NCBI RefSeq assembly: GCF_030144855.1
Contig: NW_026781644.1
Coordinates: 1 to 64,000, forward strand
Length of the DNA: 64,000 bases
Origin: Hypanus sabinus
Lineage: Eukaryota
Direction of reading: 5' to 3'
Under the pieces are notes generated by a model, which saw only the letters and a program-made list of their open reading frames with translations, had not been told where the DNA came from and did no database searches. The position numbers and the translations under genes are program-made. Below are positions 38,177-49,364 of the stretch, one piece after another; position 1 is the first letter of the stretch; every line of letters begins with the position of its first letter.

Positions 38177-41100
38177 CCGTCGATCAGAAACATACCTCTT
38201 CCTCTGTTGAATTTATTTCAAGAATAATTGATTTTGAGTTACAACAATGCTGCTTCGCCTCACCGTAGAGAATTGCAAACGGGGATAGAAAATAAAGCCG
38301 GTCTTCATTTCTGATCCAGTCCTTGGAACAAGCATGGTCTGGAATTCAGAAACAAGCAACAGTGATTCTCCCTCTGCCCGTCCCGGAGTCAGGCATTGAA
38401 TCGGTATCCCTCCTCACTCACACACTCCCGGGGTCAGACACAGAGTGAATCTGTCTCCGCGTGGACCCATCACACTCTCCCAGGGTCAGACACAGAGTGA
38501 ATCTCCCGCCGCACCGTCCCATCACGCACTCCCGGAGTCAGACACAGAGTGAATTTCCCTCCACGCAACCCCATCATACGCTCCCGCGATCAGGTACATA
38601 ATGAAGTTTCCTCCACACCGTCACATCACACACTCCCGAGGTCAGACACAGAGTGAATCTCCCTCCACCTCGTCCCATCACAGACACCCGGGGTCAGACA
38701 CAGGGTGAATCTTCCTCCACGCAGCCCCATCATACGCTCCCGCGATCAGGTTCAGAATGCAGTTTCCTCCACACCGTCCAATCTCACACTCCAGGGGTCA
38801 GAAACGTAGTGATCCTCCATCCACACGGTCCCATCACGCACTCCTGTGGTCAAACACAGAGTGAATCTTCCTCCTCCCTGTCCCATCACGCACTCCTGTG
38901 GTCAGACACAGAGGGAATCTCCCTCCTCCCTGTCCCATCACGCACTCCTGTGGTCAAACACGGAGTGAATCTTCCTCCTCCCTGTCCCATCGCACACTCC
39001 CGGGGTCAGACACAGAGAAAAGTTCATTGTACAGCATCCGAAAACACGATCCTGGTGTCAGAGAAGGAATGAATCTCCCACTGCACCGTCAGACCTCACA
39101 GTGCCGTGGTTAGACAGAGATTGAGGCTACCTTCCCACCGTCCCGGCACACACTGCCGAGGTGAGGTACAGAGTGAAGCTTTCTCCAAACTGTCCCATCG
39201 CACATTCTCTGGGTCAGACACAGAGTGAACCTCCTTCCACACTGTCCCATAGCTCTGGGGTCAACCTCGGTCTGAAGCTTTCACTCCACCGCACTATCAC
39301 ACCCTCCTTTGGTCAATCATGGAGTGAAGCTCCCTGCACACTCTCCCATCACACAGTACTGCGGACCAACACAGAGTGAACCACCCTCTACACTACCTCT
39401 ATACAACCACCCGTGATCAGATAGGAAATGAGACAGTCTCTGCACCATCCCGCCGCATACTCCCGTGGTCAGTCAGAGTATAATGTGCCTTCTAGCCGGT
39501 GACGTCACACAGTACAGGGGTCGGAGAACGAGGGAAGCTCCCTCCGAACCGTCCAATCAAACAACGCTGGTTTCAGATATGGGGCGGCATTCCGTCCAGG
39601 CCCGCGTCACCGTTACTGGTGTAAGACACAATCATGACCACGGCACATCCCATCCCAAAAGCACTCACCCCCCACCGCCCAGCCAGACCTTCCCATCACA
39701 CGCACGCACTGTCAAACACAGAGTCCCATCACAAACACGGGGTGAGGGGTGAGACTTAAACTCCCTGTACACCGTCCGATCACACACTCACAATCAGACG
39801 GAGAATGAATCTCTCTCTCCATGGCCCCATCACACACTCCACCAGTCAGACAGAAGGAGAAGCTGCCACCAAATGGTCCCATCGCACACACCCTAGTCTA
39901 ACACAGCGTGAATCTTCTTCCTCCCATCTTATCACACAATTCTTGGCGTGTCAGAGAGTGAAGCTCCCTCTGAACCGTTCAATCACACCCCACAGTGTTC
40001 ACACACAAGGCGAAGTTCCGTCCACATTCTCCAATGGCGCACTCCACAACATCGAATCACACAATCCATTGTCACACAGAATAAACGTCTCTCAATAACG
40101 TCCCATCACACACTCCCGATATCAGACACAGACTGAAGCTGTCTCTCCACGAACCCATCACACACTCCGGGATTCAGATTGAAACTCTCTTTCCAAGGTG
40201 CCATGACACACTTCAGGGGTCAGACATGTGGTGAATATCTCTGTGCACTGTCCCATCACACAATCCCGCTGTCAGACACAGAGTGAAGCTGGATCCACAC
40301 AGTAGTGAAGATGCAACTTCTTCCACGCAGCCCCATCACACATCACTGGGTCAAACACAGAGTGACGCATCGTCTCTCCAAGCCTGCCCTGTGATGAGGA
40401 GAGGGTGAAAGAGGGGGATGATGCCTCACCTCTTCTGCTGGTCAACAATTCACAGATTTGAGCCTTGGTTTCGTTGACAGATCTGTACTTCGTTTCCATC
40501 TCAGTGAACTGCTGACGGAGATCGCTATGCATTCGTTTAAAAGTCGGACGAATCTGTGATACTGAGAGAGATGGTGAAGGATGTTTAGCGTTTACAGAGA
40601 AACGGGAGTCACGCTACCGAACGGGTCACAGAGAGTGTTGAGTCAGTGTCACGGTGAAGCGTGTCACAGTGAAGGATGTGCCGGTGTCACAGTGAGAGGC
40701 GTCATCGGAAACATGAGGGGCGTGTCTGTGTATCTCTGAGGGGTTATCAATGCCCTGGTGAAGGTTTTGTTGTTGTTACAATGTGGTCTGTGTCGGTATC
40801 GTGGTGATGATCAATTCACAGTCTCAGCGCGGGGCATGCTCGTGTTGCTGTGATGGGGCTGTCTCTCGACATCACGGAGAGGGAAATGTCAAAGTGAGGA
40901 GTCTGTTCGTGTCACGGTGGGTGGAGTATCTGTGTAACGTGTGGATGCTGCTCTCATTGAGAATGGTGTCTGTGTCACCGTGGGAGGCATGTCATGGCCA
41001 CGGTGTGTGTTCGGTTGCCACGCTGAGGTGTGTGTCGGTATGATGGATAAAACTTTGTCGGCGCCGTTGTGAATTTAGATGTCGGTATCACAGTAAGGGT

Positions 41101-44100
41101 TTTGTCTGTGTCAGGGTTAGGTGTGGGTATTTGCTTCGGGGTGAGGGGTGTTACAGTGACGTGTAAGTCTTTGTCACGGTGCGGAGCTGGACGGGTCACG
41201 TTGAGGAGCCTGTAGGTGTCAGTGGTGTCTCAGTGTCACAGTGACGGGCGTGTCGGTGTTACTGTGAGGTGTGTTTCGGAGTCTCCTTGTGACAGGTTCT
41301 CTGGGGTCATACGGGTGGGAAATCTCACATATCTTACATTCGAAGTTTGAGTTTAACTCTTGGACTGGTATTCGACATTGGCGTTGGTTCCTGTTGATCT
41401 CCTGATTTTCTGCCCAAAGGAGTTTGTAGTTTCGTTCAGGAGAGATCTGAGATGGTGAAGGATGTTTGGCGTTTATAGTGTGTCAGTGTCACGGTGAGGG
41501 TGTAACAGTGAGGTGTGTGCTGTTGGCACAGTGAGGGGCGTCGGCGCCACAGTGCGATACGTGTCTGGGACATGCTGAGGGGTATATTATGTTACCAGCG
41601 AGGTTTTTGTTGGTGACACGATGGGAGCTGCGTCAGTATCGCGGTGATAGTTGATTCCGTGTCACACCGAGTCGGTGTTTCAGTGAGAAACGTCTAGCTG
41701 TCATTGTGATAGGTGTTTCTGGTTCAATGTGAGAAATGCACCGGGTCATATCGCGGTGTTTCTCTATGTCACGGTGAGAGATATGTCGGAGTCACAGTGC
41801 GAGGTGTGACGGTGTTGCAAAGAGAGACTCGTCGGTGTCATAATGTCCGGTGTATTGGTGTGACAGTGGACAAAATGCCGATGTCACGGTGAGGGGTGTG
41901 TCTGTCTCACGAGAAAAGACCTGTTGTTGTCACGGTGGATGTGTCGGTGTCACGGTAAGTGTAGAGTTATTGACACGGTGCGGACTGAGTGGGTGGCTTA
42001 AAAGTGATGGACATGTCTGTGTCACAGTTAGGGATGTTTCTACGTCACAGTGCGGGACGTGTCAATGTTACAGTGACTCGGTATTACATTGGTATTACGT
42101 TGAGGGATATGTTGGTATCATGTTGAGGGATGTGTTGGTGGGGGTTGTGTCGGTGTGACGGTGAGGGGTGAGTCGTGGTCATGCTGAGAGACCCGTCAGT
42201 ACCATAGTGAGGGGTGTGTTGATATCACCGTAAAGGGTTTTTCTGGGAAATGATGGGAATGTGTCGCTGTTACAGTGGCCATTTTTATTCTCTGCGGTTT
42301 TGTCGTTCCGACCGGTGTGAAACTCACCATGAATCCTCCAGCAGATACCCGTGATAATGAGGGTCGCTGTTAAAACGAAGATTATCCATCTGCTTGAGTC
42401 TGATCTGTCACTCCTTGTGAATCGATCACTGCCCATTCCGTCTGCTGAAAAATCATTCCTTGTCTTTGCCAATCCATCGTCATAGTCCCTGATCCCTGCT
42501 GTTCCCACCCTCTGCGTTCAAATCACTCTGTTTCCTCATGCCGAGCAGTGACCAGAAATCACAGAACGGAGCAGAACCTTCGGCCCGAAACTCGGCTATA
42601 ACAATTATATATTCTATCTAAGTCTGTTTTACGACTTAGTTGCTCATCTCCATGCAATCCCTGCACATACGCGTGCCTACCAAAGAGCCAATTTAACCCC
42701 AATGTCGATTTGCCTCCACCACCAACCCGGAAAGCACATTCCACTCATCGCACTCTCTGGGCAAACAAAATAGTGCCGTTCACCTCTCCTGAAAAGAATC
42801 TCCCTCTCCACTTCCACCGCGCTATTAGTCATTTCTCTCCGAGGATGGATGAGAAAGCTACCGGTTGCCTGGTCTATATCTGTCTTGTTATCCGTCTGCT
42901 TGTTATATTATGCATCTATAGTTATCTTTCTGTCTTGTACATTACCTCTGTGCTTTGCGCCCTGCGTGACCGTAGGTTTTCTGTTTGGCATTCGGTGACA
43001 TTTTCCCTCCCGAGTAATGTCACCCGACCTCCTTTAATTCCTTCCGTATGTAGACGGCTGAAAATAGGGATCCCAGAAATATTGGTCTGTCCGACTTGTT
43101 CCTCCTGCAAGGACTCAATAATGTCTACAATATCATCAAAATGTGTTAATTCATGCCCTGAGCTCACCCGCCTTTAAAAAAAATACTTACAGCATTGAAA
43201 TATACACAGCTCAGAACACCAGTATCATCGTTGACAAAGTTCCGCACGGAAGGTTAGTGAGGAAGTTTCAATCGTTAGGTATTAATTTTGAAGTCGAAAA
43301 ATGGATTCAACAGTGACTAGATGGGAGGTGCCAGAGAGTAGTGGTGGATAAATGTTTGTCAGGTTGGAGGCCGGTGACTAGTGGTGTCCCTCAGGGATCT
43401 ATACTGAGTCCAATGTTGTTTGTCATATACATTGATAATCTGTATGATGGGGTGGTAAATTAGATTAGTAAATCCGAAAATGATACGAAGATAGGTTGCA
43501 TTGTAGATAATGAAGTAGTTTTTCAAAGTTTGCAGAGAGATTTAGGCCAGATAGAAGAGTGGGCTGAAAGATGGCAGATGGAGTTTAATGCTGATAAGTA
43601 TGAGCTGCTACATTTTGGTAGGAATAATCAAAGTAGGACATACATGGTAAATGGTAGGGCATTGAAGAATGCAGTAGAACAGAGTGATCGAGGGAGAATA
43701 GTACATTGTTCCCTGAAGGTGGAATCTCATGTGGATAGGGTGGTGATGAAAGCTTTTGGTATGCTTCCCTTTATAAATCCAAGTATTGTGTATAGGAAAC
43801 ACGAGGAAATCTACAGATGCTGCAAACTCAGGCAACAGACACAAAAGGCTGGTGGAACACAGCCGGCCTGGCAGAATCAATAGGAAGAAGCACTGTCGTC
43901 TATTTGGGCCGAGACCCCTTGTCCGGACTAACTGAAAGAAAAGATAGTAAGAGATTTCAAAATCGGAGGGGAGAGGGACGCGAAAACATAGGAGAAATCC
44001 GGAAGGGGTTGCGTGAAGCAAGGAGTTGGAAAGGTGATTGGCTAAAAAAAAGATACAGAACTGGGGAAGGGAAAGGAACAAGGCGCTGAAGTCCTAGGGA

Positions 44101-46398
44101 GAATGAAAAGGAGAGGGGAGCACCAGAGGGAGATGGAGAACAGGCAGTGATGGGCAGAGAGAGAACTAAAAGGGGAAGGGAGAAAATAAATAAATCAGGG
44201 ATGGGGTAAGAGAGGAGGAGGGGCATTAAAGGAAGTTAGAGAAGTTTGAACAAGTTAGGTCTTTATTCTTTAGAACGTAGAAGGTTGAGGGGGGACTTGA
44301 TGGAGGTATTTCAAATTATGAGGGGGAAGATGGAGTTGACGTGGATTGACTTTTTTCATTGAGATGACGGGCAATTCAAACAAGACAACACGAGTTGAGG
44401 GAGAGGGGGCAAAATTTCAGAGGTAACACAAAGGGGAATGTCTTTACTCTGAGAGTGCTGGCTGTCTGTAACGAGCTTCCAGTATAAGTGTTAGAGGCAG
44501 GCTCGATATTGTCATTAAAGTTAAACTTGGATAGGTATATGGACAGGAAAGGAATGAAGGGTTATGGGATGATCGCAGGTCAGTGGGATTAGGTGAGAGT
44601 AAGCGTTTAGCACGGTCTACAAAGGCCGAGATGGCCTGTTTCTGTGCTGTAATTTTTAGATGGTTATATATAATACAAAACATTGCATTTCTTCCTTCCT
44701 GATGACATTGCCCAGGAATTTTAGTTTCCTCTCATTTAATGTTCTCACTAAAGATCTTGCTATATGGGGACGTTGGAGTATTGTCTCATTAGTACCCCAT
44801 CTCTATGTGATATTTTCAGCATTCTTCTAAGAAACCACCTTCCTGTTGCTTCTAAGTTTCTTTTGAGTTCTGGTCTTACAGTCCACGTTTCGGAAGCACA
44901 CAGCAAGATTGACCAGAAGTAGTATTTCAGTAGCCTAAGCCTTGTTGTCATAGAAATCTGTCAGTAGGTAAAATGGTTTCATTTTTTGGAAGTTGGTTTT
45001 GGCAATGACAATTCTTATTTTTATTTCTACTCTACATCCAGCATCTTGTGACGTAAAGCTGCCAAGGTAATTAAAGCTCCAGAAAACATGTTGTCCAAAT
45101 CCACACATTCCAGATCCTTTCTGTACCCAACAAATATGGCCTTGCTCCATTTCCGAATCTCAACCCAACGACTGCCCTATACTTTTCTATAATCACCTGG
45201 AGACAAATTACTTTATGATCACTCGATACAAAGTCTGCTCCTACACAAAGCGCTGACACCTGCCGTCTCATTCCGCAGTAGATTATAAAGTAGTGTTTTC
45301 TCTCACTGGGACTGATCAAGGAATCATCCCTGAATATTTTTGTTAAACTCTATCCCACTGGTCCTTTAGCAGTAGGCGACTCAGTCAATACGTGGAAAGC
45401 CGAAATCACCTGCTATAACAATTTTATATATACTGCAACAGTCTGCGATCTTTCTGCAGGTTTCTTCCTCCTAATCCAGCAGACTGTTTGCTGGTCTATA
45501 ATGTAGCCCCATAACATGACCACGCATTTCTTATTCCTCATTTCCACCGATAAAGTCTCACTTAGACGAGCTGCCTTGTATGTTCTGCCTGCGCTCTGCG
45601 GTGAGATTTTCACAGCCCTGTAATGTCACCAATCTTTCTGAAATTCTTCCGCTTTCTCACGCCTAAAAATAGGGAACCCCGAAACATCGTCCTGTCCTGC
45701 TTGTTCCTCCTACAACCAATTCCCAATAATGGTCACAATATCATAATCGAATGTGTTGATTCGTGCCCTCAGCTGGGACGGGTAGTTATCCTGTCCTTTA
45801 ATTTAACAGATAAATCCCGGACTTCACTTTGCAAAACCACCTTCCCATGTCGCTGGTACCGATATGGACCAGGACATACTGTTGTTCACTCACCCACTTC
45901 AGAAACATATAGAAGGAATGGTGTTGGGAGAATGGAGGAAGGAAGGGGAGGAGATTGGAGGCTATAGAAAGGGTGTTCAGACTGCAGCCGTTGGAGCAGA
46001 ACGTGTGAGTTGCCATTTTGTGGCACCCATCTCTATTTCGAGTCAGCTTAAACGCCGAAATCCACTGACCCGTGACTAGGAGTCACAGACAGAGCGAGAA
46101 TCCCTCCATACAATCTCATCACACGCACCAGGAAACATGCACTGAGTAACGCTCCCTCAGCCACGATCCATCACACACAGTCCGGGGCCAGGCACAGAGT
46201 GAAGTTCCGTCCACACCTCCCGATCACACACTTCCAGGGTCACACAACCAGCGAAGCTGCCGAAATATTAAACCATTACTCTCCCGGAGTCAGACATCTG
46301 AGGTACCTCCCGCACCATCGCAGCACACTCTACTAGAATCAGAAAATGTACCAAACCCTCTCCCTTCTCCGGTCACCCCACTCACCAGTACCCAGCAT
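36434..46398 (-). CDS. C-type lectin-like type II membrane receptor, gene B; exons 46398-46386 (putative), 42444-42328, 40561-40430, 38338-38196, 37549-37485, 36626-36434
   Basis: Spliced product: [220 protein letters not shown]. No stops; exon phases match gene A. The first exon is less certain. Confidence 0.87.
37485..37549 (-). CDS. Gene B CTLD exon 2 (65 nt)
   Basis: tttcacag| ... gatgg|gtgaga; [22 protein letters not shown]. Confidence 0.9.
37600..38100 (+). repeat. 52-bp minisatellite (G-rich on +)
   Basis: About 8-9 units, followed by (CA)n(TA)n at 38104-38172. Confidence 0.92.
38196..38338 (-). CDS. Gene B CTLD exon 1 (143 nt)
   Basis: gaattccag| ... gaagag|gtatgt; [19 protein letters not shown]...LEINSTEEE. 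Confidence 0.9.
38415..40380 (-). repeat. 52-bp minisatellite (C-rich on +), long and partly degenerate
   Basis: Fills the gene B intron between the stalk exon and CTLD exon 1. Confidence 0.9.
40430..40561 (-). CDS. Gene B stalk exon (132 nt)
   Basis: ctctctcag| ... agaagag|gtgagg; overlaps ORF 40272..40532 ([34 protein letters not shown]). Confidence 0.9.
40600..42260. repeat. Degenerate ~22-bp (gtgtcacggtgaggggtgt) minisatellite in the gene B TM-stalk intron
   Basis: Recurrent gtgtcac(a/g)gtga. Confidence 0.7.
41338..41446 (-). pseudogene. Relic or duplicated stalk-type exon inside a gene B intron
   Basis: Preceded by the same acceptor context (aaacatccttcaccatct..cag) as the real stalk exons. 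Reads [36 protein letters not shown] (coiled-coil-like) in phase 0, whereas phase 1 is required; possible donor t|gtaaga. Confidence 0.55.
42328..42444 (-). CDS. Gene B transmembrane exon (117 nt)
   Basis: tttttcag| ... attcatg|gtgagt; [20 protein letters not shown]. Confidence 0.82.
42950..43190 (-). mobile_element. CR1 endonuclease N-terminal fragment
   Basis: gagctcagggcatg...gatattgtagac...ttgcaggag; parallels the CR1 EN pieces at 14895-15070 and 45640-45790. Confidence 0.6.
43215..44665 (+). mobile_element. CR1 RT 3' half, interrupted by a Penelope-like 3' fragment (43795-44245)
   Basis: [32 protein letters not shown]; insert begins acgaggaaatctacagatgctg and matches the 20630 element end. 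Confidence 0.85.
44690..45085 (-). mobile_element. RTE-clade LINE RT C-terminal fragment
   Basis: [33 protein letters not shown]; [19 protein letters not shown]...[10 protein letters not shown]. Confidence 0.8.
45130..45900 (-). mobile_element. Degraded CR1 EN/ORF1 fragments
   Basis: [12 protein letters not shown] (esterase-type motif) and EN-like pieces. Confidence 0.6.
46070..46330 (-). repeat. 52-bp minisatellite, degenerate
   Basis: cacagagtgaagttcc, catcacacac units. Confidence 0.65.
46386..46398 (-). CDS. Putative first coding exon of gene B (ATG CTG GGT ACT G|gtgagt)
   Basis: Consensus GTGAGT donor in phase 1, compatible with the TM exon; purine at -3 (gaaATG); RUNX/ETS motifs just upstream. 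Confidence 0.5.
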
Positions 46399-46469
46399 TT
46401 CGGTTTCCCAGTAGTACGAATTGTGTGTGTCTCTCGGAGATTGTTTGTGTGTGAGAGTGGACTGTGTGC

Positions 46470-46560
46470 TGCCGAATGAGGAAGGAAGGGGAGGAGAGAG
46501 GAGGCCTGGGAAAGGGTGGTGAGATTGCAGTTCCTGATGCAAGTGATGTGGAACCACACG
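46470..46560 (-). promoter_or_regulatory. Putative gene B proximal promoter with RUNX (TGTGGTT, 46558-46552) and ETS (CAGGAA 46536-46531; GAGGAA 46478-46483 on +) motifs
   Basis: Motifs lie 80-160 bp upstream of the putative ATG; RUNX+ETS pairing is typical of leukocyte promoters; motif presence only. Confidence 0.35.
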
Positions 46561-47134
46561 ACCGGACTGTGTCTGCAGAGCTGTGGTGAAGCTCAGATCC
46601 TGGTGATAGATACACAATGGAACGGGGGAGTAGAAATACCAGACGTCATCGCTCCCCCATACTCTCCACTATTGCCTGTGACACAGAGTGGAAGGAGAGT
46701 GGAGGGACGGCGTAGATGGGGAGCGTTTCGCGGGTGGAGTGTATCACGGAGACCGGGGAGGGGCATCTGGGTATGTACGGGATTATGGAGAAGCCGAAGT
46801 GCGCAGGATAGGTTGTGGGTCAGGGAGACGCGATAGTTTGAGTGCGAGGGATGGGTGACGGAAACGGGAGTGGTGTACTGGAGACGGAGTGACAGTGACG
46901 GGGAATAGTGGAGGAGAGAGACAGTTTGACGGATTCGGGAAGGGGCTTTGGAGAGGGAGGATGTTATGCATGCGGGGAGGAATGTTTTCGAGGGTTTTCG
47001 AGTTACAGTGCAGGTTCAGTTACTCCCACTGTGTCCTCGCTATCACACCCTCGCCTTTCCGAATGACCCTGAGTTCATCCAGTTCATTTTCACACTGCTT
47101 AACGCGGCGTGTTAGAAGCTGCAGCTGGATGCGT

Positions 47135-47834
47135 TTAAGACCGTATGGCAAAGGAGCAGAGGTCGGCCATTAGGCCCATCGACTCATTTTATTTTCATGA
47201 GTTGATCCATTGTCCCATTTAGTTCCATTCCGCCGCCTTCTCACCATAAACGTTGATGTCCTTACTACACAGATACCTATCAATCTCTGAATTAAATACA
47301 CCCAAGGACTTGGCCTCCACTGCCGCCTGTGGCAACAAATTCCACAGATCCACCACCTTCTGGCTAAAAAAAAATCTTTGCATCTCTGTTCTGAATGGGC
47401 GCCATTCAATTCTCAAGTCATGCCCGCTCGTACTGGACTCGCCCACCGTGAGAAACCACTTTTTCACATCCACTCTCTCCATGTCTTTCAACTTTCAAAT
47501 TGTTTCTATGAGGTTCCCCCCCGCCCTCCGGATTCTTCCAGACTCCAGTGAGCACACTCCAAGAGTGGTCAGACGTTTTCCATATTTTAACCCTCCCTTT
47601 CCGGGAATCATTCTCGTGCATTTCCTCTGAACCCTCTCCAACGTCAGCACATCCTTTCTTAAATAAGGGTCCCAATGCTGCTCACAGCCTCAACATCACA
47701 TCCCTGCACCTATATTGTTCTAGAAATAAATGCCAACATTGCATTCGCCTTCTTCCCCACCGACTCAACCTCTTCTCTTTCTCAAATTTCACAGTGAACT
47801 CAGTCATGTTATGATGACTGCCTACGAACTGTGT
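47135..47834 (-). mobile_element. CR1 3' fragment
   Basis: ORF 47219..47491: SGHDLRIEWRPFRTEMQRFFFSQKVVDLWNLLPQ. Confidence 0.85.
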
Positions 47835-48932
47835 NNNNNNNNNNNNNNNNNNNNNNNNNNNNNNNNNNNNNNNNNNNNNNNNNNNNNNNNNNNNNNNNNN
47901 NNNNNNNNNNNNNNNNNNNNNNNNNNNNNNNNNNNNNNNNNNNNNNNNNNNNNNNNNNNNNNNNNNNNNNNNNNNNNNNNNNNNNNNNNNNNNNNNNNNN
48001 NNNNNNNNNNNNNNNNNNNNNNNNNNNNNNNNNNNNNNNNNNNNNNNNNNNNNNNNNNNNNNNNNNNNNNNNNNNNNNNNNNNNNNNNNNNNNNNNNNNN
48101 NNNNNNNNNNNNNNNNNNNNNNNNNNNNNNNNNNNNNNNNNNNNNGCCAGAATTGGAAGGAAGGTGAGAAGTGAGGAGGCCAGGGCAAGGGTGTAGAGAT
48201 TGCAATCACTGATGCATCTTGTGTGGAACTACTCGAACGGCATGTGCATATGGAGCCGTAGGGAGGATCAGATCATTTTTATGGATATCCAGTGGAATGA
48301 GGGAGGTGTAACTCTCCCTCATACACGCAACAATTGCTGTGTCACAGAACGGGAGGAAAGACGACGACGTAGATGAGGAGCGTTTAGCGAGTGGAGTGTA
48401 TCACGGAGACGGGGAGGGGCGTATGGCAACGTATGGGAGGATGAAGAAGGCGATGTGTGCAGGAGAGGGCATGGGTCACGGAGTCGAAGCTGCCTATAGG
48501 CGAGGGATGAGTGCCGGAGACGGGAGTGGTGCACCAGAGACTGAGTGACGTAAGCTCAACTTTTTGCTTCCTGACTTTGTCAGAGGTCTTAACAACATCT
48601 GTCCTACAACCACTCAGCTATCTGCAATGGCATTCTTATTTTCATAAAGTTTTAGAGAGTTCTTACAACATTCGTTCATACCAGCACTACGCTCTTTTAA
48701 TGGTAAACCTCACCGATGGGGTAATAGTTCCAATCCAGTTGAGGTGTAAAAATGAGGGAGTTGTTCATGGGATACGACATGATGCCGCTGAGCAAGGTGA
48801 TGGCGGTGGCCGCTGCCTCAAAGCGGGAGCCTCTGCTGCCCCCCAGTGTTCACGTGGCAGAAAACAATCTCTGTGGTGAACAATTGTAGATTACCGTAGC
48901 ATTCAAAGTGCCCAGTGGCCTCAAGTTGCATA

Positions 48933-48976
<44 letters not shown>

Positions 48977-49364
48977 TGTGTACATAATGCGTGAAGGTGT
49001 TTTATTGATATCCTCCATATGCTTGCTACGTTTCTATTGTATACATTTTATGTGTGTGTTGTGCCATGTTGGACTGTTGGTAATCCAATTAACAGCCAGA
49101 TCCTGGCTGTTTTCATGGGCATTCCCGTGTGATGGAATTACAATTAAACTTAAATCGAATTTAATTGAAATGAAATGAAACCGTCTGGTCTGAGGAGTTC
49201 TCACCTTCCGTGGAAGAGAATCCAGGGATACACATACCTGAAGTTCTCATTCCAACCATAATGCTAAACTGAAATTTCTTTCTAAATTTGACCACAAATG
49301 AACGTACATAAATTTGCAGAACCTACTCCCCCTTTTTTTCCTATATATTGGCGTCTGAAGCGTA

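Noticed and set aside
40600-42260. Multiple CACAGTG heptamers as V(D)J recombination signals
   Set aside because: They are variants of the gtcac(a/g)gtga minisatellite; I saw no ACAAAAACC nonamer at 12/23 spacing and no Ig/TCR segments.
42922-43167. [13 protein letters not shown]… as a cytoplasmic exon of gene B
   Set aside because: The sequence is a decayed CR1 endonuclease fragment, and the only open frame ends in phase 0, incompatible with the phase-1 TM exon.
47760-47820. MTEFTVKFEKEK as a lectin N-terminus
   Set aside because: Matches the CR1 endonuclease C-terminal (D)HNMIEF-type motif inside a CR1 fragment.
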